A stretch of DNA of 33,018 nt. Origin: Polyangiaceae bacterium (GTDB taxonomy: Bacteria > Myxococcota_A > Polyangia > Polyangiales > Polyangiaceae). The translations under genes and the position numbers were made by a program. The stretch is from positions 1 through 33,018 of the forward strand of contig JAPSGB010000048.1 in NCBI GenBank assembly GCA_035063585.1, read 5' to 3'. Under the pieces are notes generated by a model. That model was given only the letters and a program-made list of their open reading frames with translations. It was not told where the DNA came from and did no database searches. Shown here in pieces: positions 1 to 15,412 of this stretch. The first letter of the stretch is position 1, and each line of letters starts with the position of its first letter.

Positions 1-23
1 TACCACGCCGAGCGCGAGCCTCG

Positions 24-325
24 GAACGCGTCACGAAACCGCCTTCTCCCACTGACAAGCCCCGTTCGTGACGCGTTCTACCCCTCCGACGCCCCGTGAG
101 AGCCCCGGAACGCGTCACGAACCTGCCTTCTCCACCAGACAAGCCCCGTTCGTGACGCATTTCGTCCGCGCGGTGCGGCGTGATGGGCGACCGGACCGCG
201 ACGCCGGCCGCGACGGGCTAACACAATCGCCGACCATCTGAGGCGCTGCGAAGAGGCGCGGGGAGGAAGGAAGGCTCGCGTCACGAGACCGCCTTCTCCC
301 GGAGACAAGCCCGCGTCGCGACGGG
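24..325. repeat. Three copies of a ~55-bp palindromic REP-like element
   Basis: Copy 1 has a perfect 14-bp stem GAACGCGTCACGAA (24-37) / TTCGTGACGCGTTC (65-78) around a loop containing GCCTTCTCC..GACAAGCCC. Copy 2 (~108-158) and the degenerate copy 3 (~277-325) share the stem and loop. Confidence 0.8.
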
Positions 326-362
326 TCTCGGCCGCGCGGCGCCTCGCAGAAGCCGCGCCGCG

Positions 363-500
363 TGCTAGCTTATTGGAGCGCTGGCTCGGCCCGCGCGATC
401 ATGACCTGAGTCGCTCGAACCCCATCCACCGCGAGGACGCCAACGTCCTCTACGAATGACCGCGCACGCGCGCGTGCGCCCTTGGATCTTGGAGTGATTC
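363..500 (+). promoter_or_regulatory. Putative promoter and structured leader of the ABC-F gene
   Basis: Extended -10-like TGcTAGCTT (363-371); mini-ORF ATGACCTGA (401-409); hairpin GAGGACG-ccaa-CGTCCTC (433-450); 13-codon uORF 456-497; 18-bp palindrome 462-479; SD GGAG (491-494). Confidence 0.4.
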
Positions 501-1994
501 ATGTCCGTGCTGCGACTGCACGGAGTCGGCGTCGCTTGGGCGGCGTCTGCTCCCATTTTCGAATCGGTTTCCCTCACGCTCGACGCAGGGCTCTACGGCC
601 TCGTCGGCGCCAACGGCGCCGGCAAGACGACGCTGCTGTCCGTGCTCGCTGGCGAGCTCGCGCCCAGCGAAGGCACCATCACGCGCTCACCGCGCAACGC
701 GGTGGTCGCGTATTGTCGCCAGGACGTCGATCGCCGCGACGACGACGTGGACGCCCTGGCAGCGCGCGACGACGGCCTGGCCGCTGAGCTGCGCGGACGT
801 CTGGCGCTCGATTCGGCTGACCTCGATCGGTGGGAGACACTGTCTCCTGGGGAGCGCAAGCGCTGGCAGGTCGCTGCCGCCCTCGCGCACGAACCCGACG
901 TGCTCCTCCTCGATGAGCCGACGAACCACCTGGACAGCGACGCTCGCCACCGCCTGCTCGGCGCACTTCGACGCTTCTCCGGCCTCGGCGTGATCGTCTC
1001 TCACGACCGAGCGGTGCTCGACGCGCTCACCACCTCGACGCTCCGCCTTCACCAGCGCGCCGTGACCCTCTGGCCTGGCCGGTTCTCGGCTGCCAAGGCG
1101 CTCCGGGAGCAGGCGCGCGCCGATCAGCAAGCCGCACATGAGGCGGCCCGGGCTCGCGTTCGCGCGACCGAAGCTCAGCTCGACGCCGCCCGACGAACAC
1201 AGCAGGGCGCCGCCAAGAACATCAGCGCCGGCCGTCGGATGAAGGATAAGAACGACAGCGATGCGCGGAGCGTCCTCGCGAGCACGAAGGCCTCCTGGGC
1301 TGCAGCGAAGGCCGGACGAGTGACGGCTTCCGCGCGGACACAGCTCGCGCGTGCCGAGGAGGCGGTCCCAAACGTCGAGCGCGACGCGACGCTCGGCGGG
1401 CGCATCTTCGCGAGCTACCAGCGCGCTGGCGGTCCAGTGCTCTTTCACGTGAACGAAGACGCTCTTACGCGAGGGCGACGCGTCGTCCTGCGTGATGTGC
1501 GTGTCACGGTCGGCCGTGAGGACCGAGTGCGCATCGACGGACCGAACGGCGCGGGCAAGACCACACTGCTCGAGGCGCTCGTCGCATCCCTCGCACATCC
1601 CGAGCGCGTGCTCTATCTCCCTCAGGAGCTGGAGGCGGATGCAAAGGCCGTCGCGCTCCAACGCCTGCGGAGCCTCGACTCCGAGGCGCGAGGGCGCTTG
1701 CTCTCCATCTTTGCCGCGCTCGGCAGTGAGCCCGAGCGCGTGCTCCGCGCCGAGCCGGACCATCTCTCCCCCGGCGAGGCCCGCAAGCTGGTGCTGGCCG
1801 AGGCGCTATCGAAGCAGGTCTGGGCGCTCGCGCTCGACGAGCCGACGAACCACCTGGATCTCCCGAGCGTGGAGCGCCTGGAAACCGCGCTCGCGACGTA
1901 TCCGGGCGCGGTGGTCTTGGTCACCCACGACGACGCCTTCGCGGCCAACGTCACGAACCGTTCCTTGCATGTGGAGCACGGCACCGTGACCTAA
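501..1994 (+). CDS. ABC-F family ATP-binding protein (two ABC domains, no transmembrane segments)
   Basis: Two Walker A motifs (GANGAGKT, GPNGAGKT), two LSPGE signatures, two LDEPTNHLD motifs, SHD/THD H-loops and a long helical interdomain linker. Confidence 0.93.
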   Translation: MSVLRLHGVGVAWAASAPIFESVSLTLDAGLYGLVGANGAGKTTLLSVLAGELAPSEGTITRSPRNAVVAYCRQDVDRRDDDVDALAARDDGLAAELRGRLALDSADLDRWETLSPGERKRWQVAAALAHEPDVLLLDEPTNHLDSDARHRLLGALRRFSGLGVIVSHDRAVLDALTTSTLRLHQRAVTLWPGRFSAAKALREQARADQQAAHEAARARVRATEAQLDAARRTQQGAAKNISAGRRMKDKNDSDARSVLASTKASWAAAKAGRVTASARTQLARAEEAVPNVERDATLGGRIFASYQRAGGPVLFHVNEDALTRGRRVVLRDVRVTVGREDRVRIDGPNGAGKTTLLEALVASLAHPERVLYLPQELEADAKAVALQRLRSLDSEARGRLLSIFAALGSEPERVLRAEPDHLSPGEARKLVLAEALSKQVWALALDEPTNHLDLPSVERLETALATYPGAVVLVTHDDAFAANVTNRSLHVEHGTVT

Positions 1995-2151
1995 GTCCCG
2001 CCAGCGTAGGTTCGTCGCCCCACCGAGGTCGCCGAGGCTCGGCTCCCAATAGTTTCGAACGACCGTTCGCAGGGGCTCGACGAGGTCGACGACGCGCGTG
2101 AGCGCGCGCGGCGGCGGGAGACTCGCTGGCGCGCGCGTCCGCGAGGCGGCC

Positions 2152-2265
2152 ACGTCGGGCGCGCCGCCCTCCCGGCGCTGCAACGACGGGAGCAGCTTCC
2201 GGCCGGCCTCGCGCGCGCCGCGTACGTCGGGCGCGCCGCCCTCCCGGCGCTGCAACGACGGGAGC
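2152..2265. repeat. Perfect 42-bp direct repeat (2 copies, 30-bp spacer) with internal palindrome, between convergent genes
   Basis: ACGTCGGGCGCGCCGCCCTCCCGGCGCTGCAACGACGGGAGC at 2152-2193 and 2224-2265; internal stem CTCCCG...CGGGAG centred on TGCA. Confidence 0.85.
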
Positions 2266-2292
2266 GATGGGGGACAGCCCCTAGAGCGCCGC

Positions 2293-3399
2293 TCACTCGC
2301 GCGCGAGCGGCGGGTCGAGATAGTCGACCTCCACGCCGCGCGGAGTGCGAAATCGAGTGACGCCGTCGCCACGACTGACGACGTAGTCCGGCCCGACTGG
2401 CACTTTTCCGAAGCCGCCCGGCGTATCGACGATGAACTTCGGGAGGGCGATCCCGCTGAGCCTTCCTTGCAGCCGCTCCATGATGGCAATGCCGGTCGCG
2501 AGCGGTGTGCGAAGGTGCCCGGTGCCGCGCACCGGATCGCCCTGGAGGAGGTAATACGGGCGGACACGCGAGCGCACGAGCCCACGGAAGAGCGCGGTGA
2601 GGGTGTCGGCATCATCATTGATGCCGCGGAGGAGCACCGTCTGGTTCATCACCGGGAAGCCCGCGTCCGCGAGCCGCTCGACCGCCGTGCGCGACTCCGG
2701 TGTGAGCTCCTTCGGGTGGTTGAAGTGCGTCATCACCCAGAGCGGGTGGAACGGGCGGAGCTGGTCGGTGAGCTCGCGCGTGATTCGCATCGGCAGCACG
2801 ACCGGACAGCGGGTCGCGAGTCGAATCGTCTCGACGCTCGGGATCGCGCGCACGCGCTCGATGACGCTCACCAGCCGCGAGGTCGTCATCGCCAGCGGAT
2901 CGCCGCCGCTCACGATGACGTCGCGCACCTCGGGGTGCGCGGCGAGGTACTCGAGCGCCGGGTGGAGCCGCTCGAGCGAGCGCGGCCCGCCTCCCGCGCC
3001 GACCATGCGGCTCCGGGTGCAGAAGCGGCAATAGATCGCGCAGCGATCGGTCACCAGGAGGAGCGCGCGGTCGGGGTAACGCTGGATGAGCTCGGGTGCG
3101 ACCTCGTGCGCCTCTTCGCCCAGCGGGTCGCGGAGGTCGCCCGGCACCTCGACGCTCTCGGGCGCGCGCGGCACGACCTGCCGCCGGATCGGGCAGGCGG
3201 GGTCGCGCGGGTCGCAGAGCGAGAGGTAGTACGGTGTGATCGCGATCGGGAAGCCGCCCGCCTCGGCGGCCTCGGCTCCAGCGCGCTCTTCCGGCGACAG
3301 CTCGAGCGCCCGGGCGAGCTCCGCCACGCTCCGCGCGCTCGCGCGGAGCTGCCAGCGCCAATCGTCCCGGCGAGCGACGCCGAGCTCAGTGAGGGCCAT
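2293..3399 (-). CDS. KamA-family radical SAM protein (lysine 2,3-aminomutase/EpmB-like)
   Basis: WRWQL N-terminus, RYPDRALLL, CAIYCRFC (CxxxCxxC), SGGDPL, HFNHPKE, NQTVLLRGIND, PGGFGKVP (PLP lysine). Confidence 0.92.
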   Translation of the reverse strand: MALTELGVARRDDWRWQLRASARSVAELARALELSPEERAGAEAAEAGGFPIAITPYYLSLCDPRDPACPIRRQVVPRAPESVEVPGDLRDPLGEEAHEVAPELIQRYPDRALLLVTDRCAIYCRFCTRSRMVGAGGGPRSLERLHPALEYLAAHPEVRDVIVSGGDPLAMTTSRLVSVIERVRAIPSVETIRLATRCPVVLPMRITRELTDQLRPFHPLWVMTHFNHPKELTPESRTAVERLADAGFPVMNQTVLLRGINDDADTLTALFRGLVRSRVRPYYLLQGDPVRGTGHLRTPLATGIAIMERLQGRLSGIALPKFIVDTPGGFGKVPVGPDYVVSRGDGVTRFRTPRGVEVDYLDPPLARE

Positions 3400-4417
3400 C
3401 GGCGGACGGGGGCGGGCGCGGCGCCGGGAGCGTGATCCGCTGGAGCGCCGCGTCGTCGATCTTGATGGGGAAGCGGCGCCGGAGCTCGGCCTCGAGCCGC
3501 GCCTCGGCGTCGCTGATGCGCTCCTGCACGATAGCCACGCGGATCGTGCGCTCGGCCTCGGCGAGCGAGCGCTCGCGCGCGTCCGACTGGCTCGTCATGC
3601 GCACGACGTACGCCTTGCCGCCACTCTTCACCAAGCTCGGGTAGACGCCGCCGACCTTCTCGATCTCGAATACCGCCTGCCGCACCTCGGTCGGCACCGC
3701 CGGGTTGGTGTCCTTGGCGCCAGGCGCGTTGACGATCCCGACGTCACCGAAGAGCTCGACCGGGTTGGTGGGCCCGGCCTTCGGCGGCGCATTGAGCGAA
3801 TGGCGCTCGACGAGCTTGCCCCACTGCATCGCGGTGGCCGTCTTCGCCTGCTCGAGCACCGCCTTCGCCGCCGCGTCGTCCGCGAGCACGATGACGCTCA
3901 CGCGCCGGCGCGCCGGCTCGCGGAACGCGTCCTTGTGTTTCTCGTAGTAGGCGCGCACCTCCGACTCGGGGATGTCCGTCGCGGCAGGGACCGCCGCTCG
4001 CGCCTGACGGAGGAGCTCGTCTCGAAGGAGTTGCCGGATACGCTCGATCGTCTCAGGCTCGCGGTCGAGCCCGCGCCGCCGGGCCTCCTCGGCCAAGAGC
4101 TCGACCTTGATCATGTCGGAGAGCAGCTCCTTCCGCCGGTCGGGCGATTGGTAGCGGAGCCGCTCGAAGTCATCCATGCGGTCCACCGTGGCGGCGAACT
4201 CCCCGAGGGTGATCGTGCGGTCACCGACCCGCGCGAGCACGCGGCTCGCGAGCTCGGGGGTGAGCCCGCCCGGAACCGCGCTCGCCGACGTGGCCGGCGC
4301 GGCGCCGCCGAGCGCGGCCTCGTCGCAGCCCGACGGGACGCCGAACCCCGCGAGCAACAAGCCCGCGACCGCGACCACGCCGGAGGCGGTGGGAAACGGC
4401 CGGAAGCGCGCGCTCAT
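3386..4417 (-). CDS. Exported parvulin/PpiC-type peptidyl-prolyl isomerase (SurA/PrsA-like)
   Basis: Hydrophobic signal with Cys, [36 protein letters not shown] and a degenerate rotamase domain. Confidence 0.75.
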   Translation of the reverse strand: MSARFRPFPTASGVVAVAGLLLAGFGVPSGCDEAALGGAAPATSASAVPGGLTPELASRVLARVGDRTITLGEFAATVDRMDDFERLRYQSPDRRKELLSDMIKVELLAEEARRRGLDREPETIERIRQLLRDELLRQARAAVPAATDIPESEVRAYYEKHKDAFREPARRRVSVIVLADDAAAKAVLEQAKTATAMQWGKLVERHSLNAPPKAGPTNPVELFGDVGIVNAPGAKDTNPAVPTEVRQAVFEIEKVGGVYPSLVKSGGKAYVVRMTSQSDARERSLAEAERTIRVAIVQERISDAEARLEAELRRRFPIKIDDAALQRITLPAPRPPPSADGPH

Positions 4418-4532
4418 CGTGCACCCGAGATACTACGGCGCGCGCCGACTTTCCAGCCGCTCCGCGCTCGCGAGCCGGGGCGCGGTCGCGCCCCGTTGCG
4501 GCCCCGAGGGTCAGAGAGTAGACCCCTCGCCC

Positions 4533-5267
4533 GTGGATAAAGACAGCTCCGGGCTCCACTATCACCGCGTCGTCATCAAGCTGAGCGGTGAGGCCCTCTC
4601 GGGGCGCGGCGGCGGCTCCGGGATCGACACCGAGACGCTGAAGGCTACTGCCCGAGAGCTCGCCGAGGTCCGCGCGGCCGGCGTCCAGATCGGCATCGTG
4701 GTCGGCGGCGGCAACATCTTCCGCGGGCTCCGCGGCGCGAGCGAAGGGATGGACCGCACGCAGAGCGACTACATGGGGATGCTCGCCACCGTCATCAACT
4801 CACTCGCGCTCCAGGACGCGCTCGAGCGCTGCGACGTCCCGACCCGGGTGATGACCGCCATCGAGATCAAGCAGGTCGCGGAGCCCTACATTCGGCGGCG
4901 CGCCATGCGCCACCTGGAGCAGGGCAATATCGTCATTTTCGCGGCGGGTACCGGCAACCCGTACTTCTCCACCGACACCGCGGCGGCGCTCCGGGCCATG
5001 GAAATCCGCGCCCACGCCCTCTTCAAGGCCACCAAGGTCGAGGGCATCTACGACCGCGATCCTGCCCGCGACGCGAGCGCCACGCTGCTCGAGCGGGTCA
5101 GCTACGACCGCTTCCTCGCTGACCACCTCGGCGTGATGGATTCGACGGCGGTGGCGCTCTGCCGGGAAAACGGCCTCCCCATCCGGGTCTTCAAGATGGC
5201 GCCCGGCTACATCCGCCGCGTGTGCCTCGGAGAGCACGTCGGCACCACGGTCTCGGAGTCCCCGTGA
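4533..5267 (+). CDS. pyrH: UMP kinase
   Basis: [55 protein letters not shown]. Start placed at GTG 4533; the ORF-track start at 4176 overlaps the divergent gene. Confidence 0.96.
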   Translation: MDKDSSGLHYHRVVIKLSGEALSGRGGGSGIDTETLKATARELAEVRAAGVQIGIVVGGGNIFRGLRGASEGMDRTQSDYMGMLATVINSLALQDALERCDVPTRVMTAIEIKQVAEPYIRRRAMRHLEQGNIVIFAAGTGNPYFSTDTAAALRAMEIRAHALFKATKVEGIYDRDPARDASATLLERVSYDRFLADHLGVMDSTAVALCRENGLPIRVFKMAPGYIRRVCLGEHVGTTVSESP

Positions 5268-5393
5268 CCGGGCGGACGAGCGCCAGCCCGGCGCTCGCGG
5301 CAGCGCTCGGCCTCGCCCCGGTAGGCCGCATCTTGCCGGGGAACCCGCTCGGCCTGATGGAGTCCTCGCGGGTGCTATCCTCCGCGCGCTGAA

Positions 5394-7702
<2,309 letters not shown>

Positions 7703-7706
<4 letters not shown>

Positions 7707-8371
7707 GCGAGCGGCGCCTCTCCCCGACCGCGCTCCGCGCCGCGGCCATCGCCGCGGGCGGCATCGCGATCATCGTCGCGGGCGCGTCGAGCGGGCTCGC
7801 CACCGCGCTCTTGGTCGCCGCGGGCGGCACGCTGCTCGCGGCGATCACCCTGTCCTGGGGGAGCCTCCAGGATCTCTCCGGGGACGCCGAGCTCAGCCTC
7901 GACGAGGCGCTCGGCATGGCCGCGCCGAGCGCCGAAGAAGAGCAGAAGCGCGCCGTCCTGCGGGCGCTGAAGGACCTCGAGTACGAGCGCGCGGTCGGCA
8001 AGATCAGCGAGGAAGACTACGCCGAGTTCACCGCGCGCTACCGCCAGGAGGCGAGGGCGCTGCTGCAGTCGCTCGACGCGAGCGAGGCGGAGCTCCGCGC
8101 GCGCGCGCAGAAAGCGCTCGAGGCGCGCCTTTCCCGGGCGAGCGAAGACGAGTCCGCCGATCACGCCGCGAAGTCGTCCGCGGGGGAACGCGCCGCGAGG
8201 AAATCCTCCGCAGCGCCGCCGCGCTGTCCCGCCTGCGAGCGTCCGAACGACGCCGACGCGCGCTTCTGCAAGCACTGCGGCGCGAGCCTGTCCGGCGAAC
8301 ACGCCGCCTCGCACCAGGAGCCCTCCCACGAACCCGAGGACGAAGCGACGAATGACCGTGAAGCGGACTAG
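7703..8371 (+). CDS. Membrane-anchored zinc-ribbon protein with CcmI-like motif
   Basis: ATG overlaps the ccmF stop (ATGA); two TM helices; LKDLEYERAVGKISEEDY; C-terminal CPACE...FCKHCG ribbon. Confidence 0.75.
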
Positions 8372-9881
8372 CGCCTTCATCCTGGCCGCCCTCGCGCTCA
8401 CGCTCGGCGTGACGCCCGAGCTGCGCGCCGCGCCGCCCGGCGCCGCGCCGTCTGCCGCCCCGCCGGGCATCGCCGCCCGGCCCGGCGCCGCGCCGTCTGC
8501 CGCCCCGCCGGGCATCGGCGCGCCGCCGCCCGCGTCGCCGGGCGCCGCCGGCGAGCCGAGCGGTTCCGCGCCGGGCCAACCCGGGGCTCCCGGCGCCGGC
8601 GCGCCTAGCGAAGATCCGGCGGGCGGCCGGGCGTTGCCCCCGGGTCATCCCGCGGTGGGAGCGGACGCCAGGGCGACGCCGGGGATGGAGCTCCCCCCTC
8701 CGAGTGACAGCGTGCCGGTCGGCTCGTTGCCGCGCGGCACCATCGTGGTGCAAGCGGTGGACGCGGACTCCCGCCCGCTCCCCGGCCTCACGGTGCGGCT
8801 CGGAAAGCTGCACCAGACCATCTCCGAGGGCGAGTCACGCACGGCGGAGAGCCGCACGAGCGGCGCGGACGGCACCGTCCGCTTCGACGGCCTCGGGACG
8901 GGCACCGACATGAGCTACAGCGTGGCGGTGCCCTACGGCGAGGCGACCTACGGCGTCGCGCCGTTCAACCTGCGCACGGACATGGGGCAGCTCGTGACCG
9001 TGCGCGTGTACCCGGTCACCTCCGACATCCGCGAGGCCACGGTCGGGATGCGTGGCGTCGTCTACATCGAGCCGCGCGACGACGTCTTCCAGCTCGAGGT
9101 GATGTTCCGGCTGTTCAACATCGGCAAGAACACCTGGGTGCCGAAGGGGCTCGTCCTCGAGCTGCCTTCCGGGTGGAAGGCATTCAACACGCAGGACTCG
9201 ACGGGTGACGTCCGCGTCGCGGCGAGCGGCGAGCGCGGCGTCGAGCTCCTCGGTACCGTCGCGCCCGGACAGCACGACGTGAGCTTCCGCTTCCAGCTCC
9301 CGAACCCTCACGACACGTCCTACACGACCACGCTCGCGCTCCCGCCCCACCTCGCGGAGCTGCGCGTCATCGCGCTCTCGTCACCCGGCATGGAGCTCGA
9401 GGTCGCCGGCATGAGCCCGGGTGAGAGCGGCACCAACGAGCGCGGCGAGCGCATCCTCTTTACCGGCCGCCAGCTCGCGCGGGGCGAGCCCCAGATGAAG
9501 GAGCTCTCGCTCACCTTGCGCGGGATCCCGACCCCCGGCATCGGCCGCTGGGTCGCGGTCGCGGTCGCCCTCGCGCTGGTCGTGGGTGGCGTCGGCGTCG
9601 TCGCGTCCCGCGAGCGATTCCAGCGGTCGCGGCACGGCGACGAGGACTTCGCGCGAGCGCGCGACCTCATCCTCGACGAGCTGGTCGCCCTCGAGAAGAG
9701 CAAGGAGGACGGCGGCATCGGCCCGAAGCTCTACGCGAGCACACGACGTGAGCTGTTCGACGCGCTCACTCGCCTCGAGGCGAGGCTGCCGAGTGCCGGT
9801 CCGGCGCGGAAAAGTGGTGTGAAATCGAAACGTTCGGAGTCACGCTCGGTCCGCTCGCCGCGCCCTGCGGCCAAGCCCTGA
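8352..9881 (+). CDS. Exported, C-terminally anchored protein with carboxypeptidase-regulatory-like beta domain (Ccm-associated)
   Basis: Signal peptide, Pro/Ala repeats, LPPGHP motif, SGADGTVRFDGL, C-terminal TM followed by LILDELVALEKSKEDGGIGPKLY; overlaps the upstream gene. Confidence 0.7.
   Translation: MTVKRTSAFILAALALTLGVTPELRAAPPGAAPSAAPPGIAARPGAAPSAAPPGIGAPPPASPGAAGEPSGSAPGQPGAPGAGAPSEDPAGGRALPPGHPAVGADARATPGMELPPPSDSVPVGSLPRGTIVVQAVDADSRPLPGLTVRLGKLHQTISEGESRTAESRTSGADGTVRFDGLGTGTDMSYSVAVPYGEATYGVAPFNLRTDMGQLVTVRVYPVTSDIREATVGMRGVVYIEPRDDVFQLEVMFRLFNIGKNTWVPKGLVLELPSGWKAFNTQDSTGDVRVAASGERGVELLGTVAPGQHDVSFRFQLPNPHDTSYTTTLALPPHLAELRVIALSSPGMELEVAGMSPGESGTNERGERILFTGRQLARGEPQMKELSLTLRGIPTPGIGRWVAVAVALALVVGGVGVVASRERFQRSRHGDEDFARARDLILDELVALEKSKEDGGIGPKLYASTRRELFDALTRLEARLPSAGPARKSGVKSKRSESRSVRSPRPAAKP
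8437..8517 (+). repeat. Intragenic 45-bp-period tandem duplication (PGAAPSAAPPGI x2)
   Basis: CCGGCGCCGCGCCGTCTGCCGCCCCGCCGGGCATCG occurs twice in frame. Confidence 0.8.
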
Positions 9882-10217
9882 CTGCCACATCCACAGCTTG
9901 TGGATAACCTCTTGGAAACCTTGCGGATCAGCTCCGCGTAGCTCGGGGATCATTGCGCGGTGGGCCGCTCCGTCCCCAGCCCGTCCGCCGCACCATACTC
10001 GCGTCGCCCCCAACCATTGCTGTCACAAACGTTAGTACTATCCATATGTTACTGAGTTATCCCCGCTCTCCACAGGGCCTACTAGGACGACTGAATTCTT
10101 AAATTTAAGTCTGATCTGATCGGAGAGCCGCTCGCTCTGGCTCGGCTCACCGGCCGAGCACGTCTCGAGGCCAAACGCGGCTAGCCGCCCGCGACGCGCG
10201 CAGGTAGAGGACATGCG
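9882..10217. other. Putative chromosomal replication origin (oriC)
   Basis: Perfect DnaA box TGTGGATAA (9899-9907). Two-mismatch boxes at 9887-9895, 9922-9930, 10038-10046, and tandem at 10057-10065 and 10066-10074. Then GGGC, CTA-CTA-GGA-CGA triplets and AT-rich AATTCTTAAATTTAAGT (10094-10110). Directly upstream of dnaN. Confidence 0.82.
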
Positions 10218-11350
10218 ATGCACGTCGTCGTCGCCAAGAAGGACCTCCTCCGGCTCCTCACCCGCTGCCAGGCGGTGGCCGACAAGAAGAGCACGATGCC
10301 GGCGCTCAGCAACGTCCTGCTCGAGGTCGCGGGGCCCGACCAGCTTCGCCTCGCTGCCACCGACCTCCTGCTCGCGGTGAGCGGAAAGATCCGCGCCGAG
10401 GTGGACAAGGGCGGGAGCGTCGCCATCGGCGCGCGCGATCTGCTCGAGCGCGTCCGCATGATGCCCGACGGGCAGGTCTCGATCGCCACCGGCGAGGGCT
10501 CCGCGACCATCGTCCGCGCGGTCGGGTCGGCGCGCCGGTACACGCTCCACGGGACGCCGGGCGAGGACTTCCCCGCGCTCCCCCAGCCCGACGCGAGCGC
10601 TCCCGTGCTCTCGCTCGACGTCGCCACGCTCGCGCGGCTCATCGGGTCCACGATGTTCTCGATCTCGCCCGAGGACACCCGCCTGCAGATGAACAGCGCG
10701 CTCTTCGAGTGGGACGGCGACCGAGTCCGCATGGTGACCACCGACGGTCACCGGCTGAGCAAGATGGATGTGAGCCTCCCGGCGCGGCAAGCGACGGCTA
10801 CCATGCTGATCCCGCTCCGTGGCGTGCAGGAGCTCAAGCGGCTCTGCGACGAGGCGGCGAGCGACGTCGGCACCGAGACCCCCATCGAGATGATCCAGAG
10901 CGGCCCGAACGCCTTCTTCCGCCTGGCGGGGCTCGAGTTCAGCGTCAAGCTGGTGGACGCTCAGTTTCCCGCTTACCAGCAGGTGATCCCCGAGACGAGC
11001 GGCCGCGCCATCCGCGCCCCGCGGCTCGCCATGGCGGACGCGCTCCGCGCGGTGAGCCTCGCCGCGAGCGATCGCACCGGCGGCGTGAAGCTCACGCTCG
11101 GCGGGAACAAGATGCGCTTCGAGAGCGAGAGCCCGGAGAGCGGCGCCGGCTTCGACGAGGTCGACATCGAGTACTCGAGCGAGGAGCTCACGGTCGGGTT
11201 CAACGCGCGCTACTTCCTCGACGTGCTCGGCGCGCTCGACGACGACGAGGTGGTGCTCGGCGTGAGCGGAGAGCTCGATCCCGCGGTGATCCGCCCCGGC
11301 ACCGAGTCGACCGAGCGGAGCTACCTCGCCGTCATCATGCCGATGAGGAT

Positions 11351-11354
<4 letters not shown>
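10218..11354 (+). CDS. dnaN: DNA polymerase III beta sliding clamp
   Basis: STMPALSNVLL, LAATDL, MVTTDGHRL, KLVDAQFPAYQQVIP, GFNARYFLDVL, C-terminal VIMPMRI; SD GAGG upstream. Confidence 0.97.
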
Positions 11355-15294
<3,940 letters not shown>

Positions 15295-15412
15295 CGGATA
15301 ATCTCCGACGGTGCTGGCCGGCGGGTCGAAGTCTCTCGACGCCGGAGCGCTCGAGGGACCGTTCGAGGCGCTGTCAGCAGGTTTTCTCCGAGGTGCGTGA
15401 AGAGGTGATGAG

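Noticed and set aside
1995..2150. Protein-like minus-strand stretch RVVDLVEPLRTVVRNYWEPSLGDLGG
   Set aside because: Could be a gene remnant, but I cannot assign a family or a start; BLASTX is needed.
2152..2265. CRISPR array
   Set aside because: Only two repeats, no cas genes or leader, and the repeat ends are atypical; kept as a REP-like repeat.
2293..3399. Assignment as epmB or kamA specifically
   Set aside because: No efp/epmA or lysine-fermentation genes are adjacent, and motifs alone do not separate the subfamilies.
10709..11350. N-terminal extensions of RecF (and of PyrH, GyrB, ClpB, TlpA, ThpR, expansin) in the ORF track
   Set aside because: Artefacts of stop-poor high-GC DNA. They overlap neighbouring genes or promoters, and better starts lie downstream.
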